This document shows positions 1 to 9,639 of a stretch of 28,177 nt of DNA, one piece after another. How positions within the stretch are numbered: the first letter of the stretch is position 1; the number at the start of each line of letters is the position of its first letter. The notes beneath the pieces were generated by a model, which worked only from the letters and a program-made list of their open reading frames with translations, ran no database searches and was not told the origin of the DNA. The translations under genes and the position numbers were made by a program. Source of the stretch: Planctomycetota bacterium (GTDB taxonomy: Bacteria > Planctomycetota > UBA1135); NCBI GenBank assembly GCA_045047305.1, contig JASFYO010000056.1:1-28177 (forward strand), given 5' to 3'.

Positions 1-393
1 TTGAAAACTATAAACTGATCCAGTATTGTGCTTAGTGGAAGCAGTATCGCAAATCTGGATTTCATAACCTTGATTCACAGCGACATAAGGCTCTTGCCCA
101 GGATCTGGGAAACGCACGAATACCCCAGAGTTAAAACTAGCATCAGTCACCATCCATTCCAGCTCCAAATCAAAATCCTCAAAATCCTCCGCGGCATACC
201 ACAACATACCCATACCCCCAGTGGTTTTGAGGACTCCACCCTCAACTACAAATTCTCCTGGGCCACACATACGCCATCCGGAATCCAGCGGATTTCCACC
301 CACCCAAAGAGCGGAAGTAGAACAGCTTTGCTGTGGCATTTGACATGCGCCGAGGCAGAGCAGAAGAAAGGTAGTAACGATGAGGCGTTGCAT
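1..393 (-). CDS. DUF1080 (3-keto-disaccharide hydrolase-like) lipoprotein; runs off left edge
   Basis: Not in the ORF track. Manual translation from ATG at 393 gives MQRLIVTTFLLLCLGAC (lipobox), then GWRMCGPGEFVVEGGVLKTTGGMGMLWY..FEDFDLELEW..NSGVFVRFP..GYEIQI..TGSVYSF, which are typical DUF1080 motifs. Confidence 0.85.
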   Translation of the reverse strand, partial: MQRLIVTTFLLLCLGACQMPQQSCSTSALWVGGNPLDSGWRMCGPGEFVVEGGVLKTTGGMGMLWYAAEDFEDFDLELEWMVTDASFNSGVFVRFPDPGQEPYVAVNQGYEIQICDTASTKHNTGSVYSFQ

Positions 394-402
394 GGAGTTT
401 TA

Positions 403-2868
403 TTAGAGGCTGCGGTATTCGAGGTTCTCGACCTCGAGCTGTGTGCCAGGGATGACGGCGCTGTTAATGCGGAAAATCCCAGGGGTCGATGCTGGCGGAA
501 TCATGCCGCGCTGCACTTGAATGCCGTTCAGGAAAACTTGAAGTTGATCCCCTTGCCTACGAAGCATTAATTCAAAAGGGACACCCGGTTGCAGGAACTG
601 AGTGGTGAGGGGCTCTAATCCACTGATACTACCTGTACGCGCGCTTCCTGAACTGGTGTGGTCTAGAAGCACACTCCAACTGGCGGATTCCTCACCCGGT
701 ACAGCAAATTCTAGAGCGGCAGCCCCGCCATCGGATAAGGTAAAGCGCCCACGCATTTCAAAATCCTGCAACTCGACAGCGGCTAATTCAAGTGGATGCC
801 ATTTCCTGACATCGGCGGCTAATTCACCATCCAGAATCAGTTTCACACGCACATCACCAAGCGCAACCAAACCGGCTGTGGCCTGAAAGCGTAAGGGTCC
901 AAGCGCAACTTCCTGCTGTGAAATAGCGCCGCCAGTTGGGCCATTGCATTCCGTCGCACCAACCACCATGACACCATCGACGGTGATTTGCTCGAAGCGT
1001 GCATTCGCTGTCTTGTTGCCTTTAGCATCAAAACGGGGAGCATAGAATTTCCCTTCTACCTTATGCCACTGACCCGGCCCACGATAGCCTTTTACACGTG
1101 GGCCTTTTGCGCCGATGATACCGCAGCAGGATCCAGCATCATCATTCAACTGCAATTCATAACGGTCCATGAAGTACAGACCGGAGTCCCCGCCTTCCGG
1201 CAGCATAAAGTTGAAGCGGAAAGCTATGTCGCCAAACTCAGCCTTGGAGCGAAAATCGCTTAACGGCGAGCCGGTGTTGACCAAAGCTCCATTCCCAGGA
1301 GTCTCCATAAACTCCCTTGGATTATCTGGATTTAAAGTGACATCGGTCAGTTTCCAGCCGTCGGCCTCCCAAGCATCGAAAGGGTCTGACCAAGTCAAGG
1401 TCAACCAACCTTCTTCATCCGATTCACGAGCCTCCGGTGGCGCTACTTCCTTTGCGACGAAAACGGAACTGCGTGGGCCTTCCGGCATTTGGTTGATGGT
1501 GTAATCAAACTCGTCGTGCAGTAATCCAATCCCAGGAATGCTCAGGCGGAGGTTGCGCCCAGCTTTAATCTGTGGGATATGAACCGTTAAGCTACGCCGG
1601 TCATCAGACAGCTCCACTGCGCTTACTTTCAAATCGCGAGAACGCATTTCGGGGGAGCCATAATCCCACCACCAGTTGTAGTCATAATCACGTACAAGAA
1701 TGCTGCTAGCTTCAGGCAAGCTTGCGAGTGGGCGAGTAAACCCAAGCGTAAAGCCATCTTGCAGCAGATGAATCGTCTGGTACTCCAAGGGAGTTTCTCC
1801 AGTCCAGCGCAGACGGGCGATGCCATAGCCTGGCGCTAATCCACCCCAACCACGATTGGTCATGCCGACAAACAGACTGTGGTCTGGCGCAAAGCGTACT
1901 CGCAGAGCACTCCCCACACCGTGTCGGAACAAAACAACAGCACCCTGTTGCTCGCCTTGGACCTCTTCTAGCAAAGCTCGAAAAACCAAACCATTGGTGA
2001 GCTCTGCAACAAACAGTTGGCCTTCAAACGGACCAAATCCACCTTCCGTAGTATCGGTTACCAAACTTCCTGTTGAGCGAGAATACTCATAAGGAATCCA
2101 AACCGCCGGAGGTGTGCGCTTCACCGATGGCGGCACAGTGCTGCTTGGCACTGTTTCTCCGTTGCCATAGGCGTCGGTCCAACGCAAGGAAGCCGGGTGG
2201 CCAAAAAAATCACCTTGTTGAACGTGAAACAAGCCACACACAGGCATCCAGTCGCCCTGATTGTCGGTGTAGAAAAGTTCGCCCTCGGAATCGAAGCCTA
2301 AACCTGCCGGGCTACGCGCGCCACTGGCCAAAGGGGTCATGCTGCCATCGGGCGCAATCTTCATCACCCAACCGCGATAAGGTTGCTTACTGATTCCATG
2401 CCACCATTCGGGGGACCAAAAACCGACATTCGTGCTGATGTAAAAATTGCCTTCTGCATCAATCGGCAAACCAAAGGCAAACTCATGATAATTGCCGCTC
2501 ATACCCCAAGCCTGAGAAATGGTTTCCACCCGATCACAAACTTGGTCCCCATCTAGGTCGATGAGCTGGGAAAGTTCCCCACGTTGCATGACATAAATGC
2601 GGTCATCCACCACCTTCAAGCCAAGGCCTTCATGCAAACCTTCGGCATAGATATGGAAACGGGCTGCGGAGGGGTCCTCCGCCATGGCATTTTCAATCCA
2701 CCAAACGCGGCCACGTCGTGTGCTGACTAAGAGGGTGCCATCGGCGAGGAAATCCATGCCGCCAACTTCTAGGACCTCCCCGTTTGGAGGGGTCAGGTAA
2801 TCCACCGTGTAAAAGTCTTCTTCCGCTTGAGCGCAAGGCAAGGACAAGCAAATGAGGAGTGGTATCAA
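403..2868 (-). CDS. Secreted multidomain protein: N-terminal beta-propeller (glucose/sorbosone dehydrogenase-like) plus C-terminal DUF1080-like domain(s)
   Basis: 821 aa with signal peptide. Propeller motifs GLHEGLGL, NYHEFAFG, ASGARSPAG, FYTDNQGDW. DUF1080 motifs FGD..F..GGDSGLYFMDRYELQL and GQWHKV. The TTG start overlaps the upstream stop (TTGA) and has GGAGG upstream. Confidence 0.75.
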   Translation of the reverse strand: MIPLLICLSLPCAQAEEDFYTVDYLTPPNGEVLEVGGMDFLADGTLLVSTRRGRVWWIENAMAEDPSAARFHIYAEGLHEGLGLKVVDDRIYVMQRGELSQLIDLDGDQVCDRVETISQAWGMSGNYHEFAFGLPIDAEGNFYISTNVGFWSPEWWHGISKQPYRGWVMKIAPDGSMTPLASGARSPAGLGFDSEGELFYTDNQGDWMPVCGLFHVQQGDFFGHPASLRWTDAYGNGETVPSSTVPPSVKRTPPAVWIPYEYSRSTGSLVTDTTEGGFGPFEGQLFVAELTNGLVFRALLEEVQGEQQGAVVLFRHGVGSALRVRFAPDHSLFVGMTNRGWGGLAPGYGIARLRWTGETPLEYQTIHLLQDGFTLGFTRPLASLPEASSILVRDYDYNWWWDYGSPEMRSRDLKVSAVELSDDRRSLTVHIPQIKAGRNLRLSIPGIGLLHDEFDYTINQMPEGPRSSVFVAKEVAPPEARESDEEGWLTLTWSDPFDAWEADGWKLTDVTLNPDNPREFMETPGNGALVNTGSPLSDFRSKAEFGDIAFRFNFMLPEGGDSGLYFMDRYELQLNDDAGSCCGIIGAKGPRVKGYRGPGQWHKVEGKFYAPRFDAKGNKTANARFEQITVDGVMVVGATECNGPTGGAISQQEVALGPLRFQATAGLVALGDVRVKLILDGELAADVRKWHPLELAAVELQDFEMRGRFTLSDGGAAALEFAVPGEESASWSVLLDHTSSGSARTGSISGLEPLTTQFLQPGVPFELMLRRQGDQLQVFLNGIQVQRGMIPPASTPGIFRINSAVIPGTQLEVENLEYRSL

Positions 2869-4031
2869 AAAAGTTCCTCCAACAGATTGGCTAAGTTGTC
2901 TTCTGTTGGCGCAATTCCAAACAACAGGTCCTCAGTCAGGGTGAAACGGTCTTGCGCATGCACGGTCATCCAACGCTCACGATGCGCCACAAGCGGTCCG
3001 AAGTTAGGGTCATCAAACACCGTGGTCTCGCCGACGGTCCCATCAAAAATCGATCGAGAAGAAGCTGTGCTTGGTCGGGATAAATACAGAACTGGTAGCT
3101 CATCCTCCACGCTCACAACTTCAAAGATGCGGCGAAAGCCGTTCCATTCAGCATAATGAACTGCTTTCCCGCTTTCCCGCACCGTTGCAAGAGGGACTTG
3201 ACCCTGAAACAACTTATACTCGACCCAAGCGCTGCCATCGGCAATCTCGGTAGCAAGAAGTTGTGCGCGTAAAGGAATTCGGCTTCCGGTTGCATCTTCG
3301 GTTTCCCACATAGGACCAGGGCTTCCTGCAGCGAACAGAAAAATGATTTTACCTAGTGGCTTCAAGGTAGCGCCACCTCGATCCCCCCAATCGGCACGAT
3401 CCACAAAGGCGCCTTGGCGCACTGCAAGTAAGCGCAAATCGGAAGCATCATATTGAAAACTTAGCCCGTCCAGTCCGCCGAGAAGCAGGCCGCGCGGAGT
3501 CATGCCAACGCCTTCCACGACTGGAGGAAAACCGCCACGGATTACTTGAGGACGTTCCTTCACCACAAGTACCGTTGCCTCTGCATTCACCACAATTTGC
3601 TCAGGCCCAAAAGCAATCACATAATCGGTGACTGCCCGGCGCTCATCTTCACTCAGCACGGAACTAAATCCAGGCATAGGCGTGCCTCCGATTCCATTTG
3701 AGATGGTCCGATAAATAGCTTCTGGAGTATTTCCGAAGGAAAATCCTCCTTGTAAAAAACTGCGCGCAGGGCGGTCCAGCGCCACTAACCCGACGCCATC
3801 CCCATGTTCTCCATGACATGCCGAGCAATGCACGGAATAAACATCCTCTCCAGTTTGAACCTGGCCCACAGATTCAGGGGGCGGCTCTGAGGCTAGCCCG
3901 CCTTGGCTGTGCAAATCCGGCTCGGCATCACCGCAGGCCCAAGTAAGTCCGCACATGGCGAGCAAAAGAAAAGGCAGGTTTTTTATTGGTAGGGTAGCCA
4001 TCAAAGCAAAAAGGAGTCGTGGCGCAGGCAC
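2865..4031 (-). CDS. c-type cytochrome domain-containing lipoprotein
   Basis: Single CxxCH (CSACH), candidate axial Met in GTPMPGF, lipobox-like LTWAC. C-terminal domain of unknown function. Start codon uncertain. Confidence 0.8.
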   Translation of the reverse strand: MPAPRLLFALMATLPIKNLPFLLLAMCGLTWACGDAEPDLHSQGGLASEPPPESVGQVQTGEDVYSVHCSACHGEHGDGVGLVALDRPARSFLQGGFSFGNTPEAIYRTISNGIGGTPMPGFSSVLSEDERRAVTDYVIAFGPEQIVVNAEATVLVVKERPQVIRGGFPPVVEGVGMTPRGLLLGGLDGLSFQYDASDLRLLAVRQGAFVDRADWGDRGGATLKPLGKIIFLFAAGSPGPMWETEDATGSRIPLRAQLLATEIADGSAWVEYKLFQGQVPLATVRESGKAVHYAEWNGFRRIFEVVSVEDELPVLYLSRPSTASSRSIFDGTVGETTVFDDPNFGPLVAHRERWMTVHAQDRFTLTEDLLFGIAPTEDNLANLLEELF

Positions 4032-4075
4032 GCGACGACTCCAAGGATAGCGACTGAGGCGCTATGCATGCGGCT

Positions 4076-5131
4076 TTAGCTGCGCTTGTTCTTCTTCTTT
4101 TTGGGCTTCTTGTTCCACTTAAGAGGCTTCTTCCACCACTTATGGAAACGGTCCATGAAGCCCTCTTCAAAGTTTTGCTCGAAGAGCTCTTGGGTAAACT
4201 CCACGCTGAAATCCGGGCGTCCGCCCCGGGGGTGGTTCGCTGCATACTCCGCTTGCAAGGCAGACAAAAAGCCATGAAGGCTTTCAGGTTCTTCAAGCAT
4301 GGCGAAAGTTGCAAACGCAAAACCTAAATGTGCCAGATCGTCGCGGTATGGATTCGCTGGGTAATCAAACAAGGATTCCAGGCTAACCGCCCGCTCCACA
4401 CCCTTTTGAGTGAGTTTGCCGCGCCATTCCGTGTGTGATGCGGTAAACACAAAGCCATTCAAATGCCATGGCGCATAGACTTCGCCGACAGCCATGTCCT
4501 CGACAGCAGTTGCAATCGACTCACGGATCCAGAGTGGCAAAATCCCATAACGACGATGCAAATCTAAATGCACCAAATTGTGGCCGATGGAGTGATCCGC
4601 CCGCGCCTCTTCCTGTATCGAAAGATCATGAAAATAAGTAGTGATTTCTGGCGCGAAAATGGTGAAGCCCGTCGTGTTCTTAGAACTCTCCATGAAGTTG
4701 GCCTGACTTGGACCAGCTTGACCAATGACATCACATAATGCGTAGTAAACATCTGGGCTCTTAATCATGAATCCAAGCAGAGGCCGTCCAGTATCGCCTT
4801 CCTCAAGCCCCTTTAAATCTTTAGGCACTCCCAAGGCCATATTGACCTTCCCCAACATGGCATCAATCCGCTTAAATGCATTCTTCGCCTGCCTAGAAGA
4901 AAAGTCCGAATAAACATGCGAGCGTCCGTCTTCCGAAACATAGAGTTTGAGGCCGCTGTCCTTCGACTCCGCGAACTCAAGAACTGCAGCCGCGATGGCT
5001 TTGGATTCACGGGCAACCCGCTCATCTACGGTTTCGATACCCTTGGTTGTGTCGGCTCCAAGCGCCAATGGTTGGCCGCCCTGTTGAGGCAACCATGTGG
5101 AAATAGCAAGCAATAGTGCTGCGGAGATCAT
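4076..5131 (-). CDS. Secreted hypothetical protein with degenerate zinc-metallopeptidase (MA clan)-like region
   Basis: 351 aa, hydrophobic N-terminus. HNLVH..LPLWIRES resembles HExxH..PxWxxEG. Lys-rich C-terminal tail. Confidence 0.55.
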   Translation of the reverse strand: MISAALLLAISTWLPQQGGQPLALGADTTKGIETVDERVARESKAIAAAVLEFAESKDSGLKLYVSEDGRSHVYSDFSSRQAKNAFKRIDAMLGKVNMALGVPKDLKGLEEGDTGRPLLGFMIKSPDVYYALCDVIGQAGPSQANFMESSKNTTGFTIFAPEITTYFHDLSIQEEARADHSIGHNLVHLDLHRRYGILPLWIRESIATAVEDMAVGEVYAPWHLNGFVFTASHTEWRGKLTQKGVERAVSLESLFDYPANPYRDDLAHLGFAFATFAMLEEPESLHGFLSALQAEYAANHPRGGRPDFSVEFTQELFEQNFEEGFMDRFHKWWKKPLKWNKKPKKKKNKRS

Positions 5132-5252
5132 GTTTGGTGTGGGGTTGGCGGCTCTAACACCGATGTATGCAGGTTCTTACGCACGAAATCGTGAAATGGT
5201 TGCAGAAATAGTCTGTTTCCAGGCTCCTATTTGACTCCAAAGAGCCTCAGTT

Positions 5253-7760
5253 TCAATCTCTTTGCAACATTTCTTTCAACTGGTCTTCCAACTGCTGGTT
5301 TTGTCGACGCACCTGCAGCAGAAGTTCTTCCACATCATTCTCGGTGGAACCAAACACCAACTGCGCCTCGAGCAAGCGTTGACGCCGAGCTTCTTCCAAC
5401 AACTGGGACAAATCATCGGTGGGTGGAGCCCAACGTGCTAAATCTGCGGTGCGATCAATCATGGCAACGAGCTCCATGACTTCAGGCTCACCGGCAAGCT
5501 CGCCAGCCAGGCGTTTGGCCTCATTGCGTAACACGGAGTAGCTGTCCTCTTGGGCATGCCAACTGCGACGCAAGACTTCTGCATATTGAGCGACCACAGC
5601 CATTTCACGCAAACGGACAGGCGCCAAATCCCAACGCCCCTTCCCAGCAGCCAAGTTCAAACGGTATTCCCTTTCAACCGCCTTATCTGACCCTTCTGGC
5701 TTCCAACGCAAGCGCACAGTCACGAAGCTCGATTCCAAATCTGCCTTGCGAGTGGGCTCTACTTCGTAAAGCGCAACCACTTCATGTCCGGCCCCTACCT
5801 CGCCAGCATCGACGGAATCATTACGGAAATCTTCATGAGCCAAGGAGCGATTTTCATAACCCAACTGGCGCCAGTGCAGCACCTGCTTGGGATCGAATTC
5901 CACCTGAATCTTTACATCGCGCGCCACGGTAATCATGGTGCCGAGGAAACCGTCGACCAAAACACGCTTGGCTTCTTGCAGGTCATCTAGGTAGTGGCAG
6001 GAGCCATTGCCATGGTCCGCCAGTTGCTCCAGGAAGGTGTCGTTATGGTTGCCCATGCCGACGCCAAGGGTGGTGAGATCCACCCGAGCTTCCGCGCGCG
6101 CAGTTACCTGCCTTAAGATTTGCGCCTGATCAGTCACCCCAGTATTGGCGACTCCATCAGAAGCCAGGACCACACGGTTGATGAACTTCGGGTCGTAGAC
6201 TTTCTCCATCATTTGATAACCCAATGCTAATCCCTCACCAGCATTAGTCGAACCACCGGTGCCGAGACTTCGGATGGCTTCGCGGATGCGGTAGCGTTCC
6301 GTTCCAGGAGTGGAATCTAGAACCACATGACCACCACTATCAAAGGTCACCAAGCCAATGGTGTCGGTATCGCGGATTTGGTCTACCAAGAGCATCAGGG
6401 CATCTTTCACCAACTGCATGCGCGTCCCTGCCATCGAGCCGGATTTGTCCAACACGAAAACCAAATTCATCGATGGGCGAGCCTCAGCAACAACATCCCG
6501 CGCTTTGATGCCAATGGAAAGTAAGATCTGATTCTGGCCACCGAACTTCGATGCAGTGGCTTGGATTTGCACCGCAAAATCATCTTCCTTGGGAGCAGGG
6601 AGAGCATAGTCAAAATAGTTCAAAAACTCTTCGGTACGAATCGATGCCTTGGGCGGAAGCTGGTTGTGAGCCAGGTATTGACGTGCCATTGGGTAACTCG
6701 CAGTGTCTACGTCTGCTGCAAAAGTGCTCAATGCTTCCTGCGAAGTGTAAGTTTGTGCGTTATCTCCATAAAACCGGAAAAACATATCCGCAGGGGATTC
6801 CTTTTCGTATTGAGGATGCAGGTACTTCAGGACATCTAGGTTCTGGAAACGACGACCATAACCATCCGTAAGAGTGCAGCTTAACTGTTGCTCCTGATCC
6901 ACATCGACATACAGGTTCTCGCTTCGCGCCAAGATGTTGGCCGAGTAACTATCCAGAATGTTCTCGGTGCGAGCACGCATGTCACCGTTTTCAAAATCAT
7001 CGAAGACGACTCCTGCAGAGGCGTTGGACTCTTTCCCAAACTCGGGAGGGATGGAATCACCAGGACCCAAATAGGTCCCGCGTCCTGCACCTCGTCCTTC
7101 CGGCTTGTACCAACGGTTACGTGCTTCAAACTCAGCTGGTGGGATTGCAGGTGCAGAGATTCCAGCGACAACAAGGCCAACCGAAGACCCTTCAGGCACA
7201 TCCCGAGTGAGGTTCCCTAACGCTTGGCTCAAAGAACCATCCTTCTGAGAATAATCCCATGCGTCATCGGCGTCATCGGATTGGTAGCCTAATGCACTCA
7301 ACGCGAATGATTCGTCCATGACCTCTTCAGCAGAATAACCTAAGTAGCCCATAGCTTCTGCATCCCTGTTGGAAGCCACCTGCGAAGACTCTGGCTTCAC
7401 TAGATTCCAGGGTTGCTGCCAAAGCGTAATCATGCCACCGAAAATCAATAACGCGGCGGCCACACCCCATTTGGGCATCGCGTAGACCTTGCCTGCAGGC
7501 ATCGATGGCGCTTGCCCCGCTGCTGCAGCGGAACGCAAAACAGCACGGCGGTCATGACTGAGAGCAGGCTGTAATTGTGGTTGGCGCAACAGGTCTAGAG
7601 CGCGCACCAACTCTTCCTGTTGCGCACGGAGAACGCTGTCGTCCGCCAATGCCAACTCAACCTCACGCGTGGTTTCAGCATCCGCTTCCCCCATGACATA
7701 AAGCGTGAGTTTCGATTTCAAATCTTCTTGTGGTTCTTCCTTCCAGTTATCTTTCATCAT
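5253..7760 (-). CDS. YfbK-like von Willebrand factor A domain protein with N-terminal anti-sigma-like segment and TM helix
   Basis: STFAADVDTASY and RTEEFLNYFDY (YfbK N-domain); MIDAS VLDKSGSM, GGSTN, LASDG; DVKIQVEF and DAGEVGAGHEVVALYE (DUF3520-like). TM helix WGVAAALLIFGGMITLW. Lies 7 nt downstream of the ECF sigma gene. Confidence 0.88.
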   Translation of the reverse strand: MMKDNWKEEPQEDLKSKLTLYVMGEADAETTREVELALADDSVLRAQQEELVRALDLLRQPQLQPALSHDRRAVLRSAAAAGQAPSMPAGKVYAMPKWGVAAALLIFGGMITLWQQPWNLVKPESSQVASNRDAEAMGYLGYSAEEVMDESFALSALGYQSDDADDAWDYSQKDGSLSQALGNLTRDVPEGSSVGLVVAGISAPAIPPAEFEARNRWYKPEGRGAGRGTYLGPGDSIPPEFGKESNASAGVVFDDFENGDMRARTENILDSYSANILARSENLYVDVDQEQQLSCTLTDGYGRRFQNLDVLKYLHPQYEKESPADMFFRFYGDNAQTYTSQEALSTFAADVDTASYPMARQYLAHNQLPPKASIRTEEFLNYFDYALPAPKEDDFAVQIQATASKFGGQNQILLSIGIKARDVVAEARPSMNLVFVLDKSGSMAGTRMQLVKDALMLLVDQIRDTDTIGLVTFDSGGHVVLDSTPGTERYRIREAIRSLGTGGSTNAGEGLALGYQMMEKVYDPKFINRVVLASDGVANTGVTDQAQILRQVTARAEARVDLTTLGVGMGNHNDTFLEQLADHGNGSCHYLDDLQEAKRVLVDGFLGTMITVARDVKIQVEFDPKQVLHWRQLGYENRSLAHEDFRNDSVDAGEVGAGHEVVALYEVEPTRKADLESSFVTVRLRWKPEGSDKAVEREYRLNLAAGKGRWDLAPVRLREMAVVAQYAEVLRRSWHAQEDSYSVLRNEAKRLAGELAGEPEVMELVAMIDRTADLARWAPPTDDLSQLLEEARRQRLLEAQLVFGSTENDVEELLLQVRRQNQQLEDQLKEMLQRD

Positions 7761-7767
7761 TCTTCCC

Positions 7768-8334
7768 CTAAATCGCTTGGGCCATGCGCAAACGCGCAGT
7801 CAATCGGTTCATGCCTGCATGCACAATCCAGCCAACTGTGCCAGCTTTCACACCAAGCACTTCGCCGATTTGCGCATAATCCCAGCCTTCGTGAACTTTT
7901 AGCCAAATAGCTTCGCGTTCGCGTTGCGGCAGGTTCTGCAACTCGCGCTGCACTAAGGACAGCACTTCTTGTTGCTCCGATTGGGCATCGGGAGTAAGCG
8001 GTTCTTCATAAACCACTTTCTCCCGCCGTGCCGCTTCACGCGTATCCATTTTTCTCATGTCGTAAGCCAAGTTGCGGCAGACACGAAACAACCATGGTCC
8101 TAGAGAGGCCTCGCTGCCGAGATCAGGCCCCTTACGGAGCAAGCGCAGAAAAGACTCCTGGACGATGTCCTCGGCCTTCGTCGCCTCATGCAAAATGCTG
8201 GTCGCGAACCGCAGTAGCGCGGCCTCATGGCGGTCGACTAATAAGTCAAACGCTGAGACATTGCCGCTTCGATAATCCGCCAGCACGCTGCCATCGGCAG
8301 GGCCAGGGTCAGTTTTCCTGTCACTCACGCCCAA
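7768..8334 (-). CDS. ECF-type RNA polymerase sigma-70 factor
   Basis: Region 2 AEDIVQESFLRL and WLFRVCRNLAYD; region 4 LPQREREAIWL..YAQIGEVLGVKAGTV. Confidence 0.93.
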   Translation of the reverse strand: MGVSDRKTDPGPADGSVLADYRSGNVSAFDLLVDRHEAALLRFATSILHEATKAEDIVQESFLRLLRKGPDLGSEASLGPWLFRVCRNLAYDMRKMDTREAARREKVVYEEPLTPDAQSEQQEVLSLVQRELQNLPQREREAIWLKVHEGWDYAQIGEVLGVKAGTVGWIVHAGMNRLTARLRMAQAI

Positions 8335-8397
8335 ATGACGCCGCCTACGTCCCTACCTTGGGATTTTATTTGCCGAAATCCATAGTAAGGGAGGGGT

Positions 8398-9621
8398 TTA
8401 GCCCAACTTAACGCCATGTTTCTCGAATATGCGATCGCGATAATCAAGAATCTGACGGACGTAGGCGCGCTTTTCACGATACTCCCCGGGGAAGAAGCTT
8501 CGTTTAAAGCCATAAACCAGTTGGTCACTGAGTTCCTTTGGCTTCAAATGGAAGGTGTCAATCGCCAAGCGGTATTCCTTGGAGACCGTGGTGCGCGAAA
8601 CCAGACGATTGTCGGTACACAAAGTGGTGGATAAACGCTCCTTCAGCATACGCTTAAACGGATGATTTTTCAGCGCGCCAAGTTCGGGCAAGGTCTGCAG
8701 GTTGGAGGTCAGGCATACCTCCAAAGTTAAACGCCGATCGGCGACGTACTGCACCAACCGATTCACATACTGCTTGCGCTGGTCGGCTGGCATGTCGGGG
8801 AGACGTTTGGTGCTAAAAATCCAAGTCCCGTGACCGATGCGGTCAGCGTGACAATCGGTAATCGCCTGGAAAATAGATTCGGGCCCATAATCTTCTCCGG
8901 CATGCACCGTTTTCCCTAGGAATGCATCATGTGCAAGTTGATAGGCAGCTTGGTGATCTTTTGCCGGGAATCCGCGCTCTGCTCCTGCAAGATCCACACC
9001 CACCACGGGCAAACCGAATTCGTCGCGGGCTTGGATTGCGGCGTTGACTAAGGCCTCGGAGGCAAGGCCAAACAGTTCGCGGTCAGGCAATTCGCCGAAG
9101 GCTTCAAACATGCGTGCATAGGTTGCACTGAAGGGAGCGGCGAAGAAACGCATGGCGCAGACAATGATGGCTGCGCGGAAGGGAGGGTCAATTCCATTCG
9201 CGATGGCGGCTGCTTTATTCCATTTCCGCTCCGCGCGCTGGATTCCTTTCGAACATGCCTTCAAGACTTCTGCGATACTCATGCCATCGCCGGTGAGAAG
9301 TTGCGGCGCAAAACGCATTTCAAAGTAGCGCACCCCTTCTTCAAAATTATCCTCACATAACTCAAAAGCAATGCGTTCAATTGCAGCAGGGGTACGCATG
9401 ACCGCACAGGTGTAGGCGAAACCCTGAAGGTAGTCCATCAAATCGGTGTAAGATTCCTTAAACACTTTTTTGTACAGACCCTTCACGCTTTTCGCCGGCA
9501 GCTTCACGCCGTGCTCTTCGGCAAGCTCCAAAAGAGTTTCCGGGCGCAGCGAGCCATCGAGATGAAGGTGAAGATCTGTCTTAGGCAGCTCGCGAATGAG
9601 GGCGTCGGTTAACGTTTTCAT
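8398..9621 (-). CDS. add: Adenosine deaminase family protein
   Basis: LPKTDLHLHLDGS, GVRYFEMRFAP, VGVDLAGAE, TVHAGE, RIGHG, LEVCLTSN, TDN. Start moved to ATG 9621 (MKTLTD) because the longer ORF overlaps the divergent gene. Confidence 0.9.
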   Translation of the reverse strand: MKTLTDALIRELPKTDLHLHLDGSLRPETLLELAEEHGVKLPAKSVKGLYKKVFKESYTDLMDYLQGFAYTCAVMRTPAAIERIAFELCEDNFEEGVRYFEMRFAPQLLTGDGMSIAEVLKACSKGIQRAERKWNKAAAIANGIDPPFRAAIIVCAMRFFAAPFSATYARMFEAFGELPDRELFGLASEALVNAAIQARDEFGLPVVGVDLAGAERGFPAKDHQAAYQLAHDAFLGKTVHAGEDYGPESIFQAITDCHADRIGHGTWIFSTKRLPDMPADQRKQYVNRLVQYVADRRLTLEVCLTSNLQTLPELGALKNHPFKRMLKERLSTTLCTDNRLVSRTTVSKEYRLAIDTFHLKPKELSDQLVYGFKRSFFPGEYREKRAYVRQILDYRDRIFEKHGVKLG

Positions 9622-9639
9622 CGCCGAATACCGTAATCT

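Noticed and set aside
171..189. Short tandem repeat CAAAATCCT x2
   Set aside because: It simply encodes EDFEDF in the DUF1080 protein.
28..570. 180-aa + strand ORF
   Set aside because: Antisense shadow of the DUF1080 genes, with no recognisable motifs.
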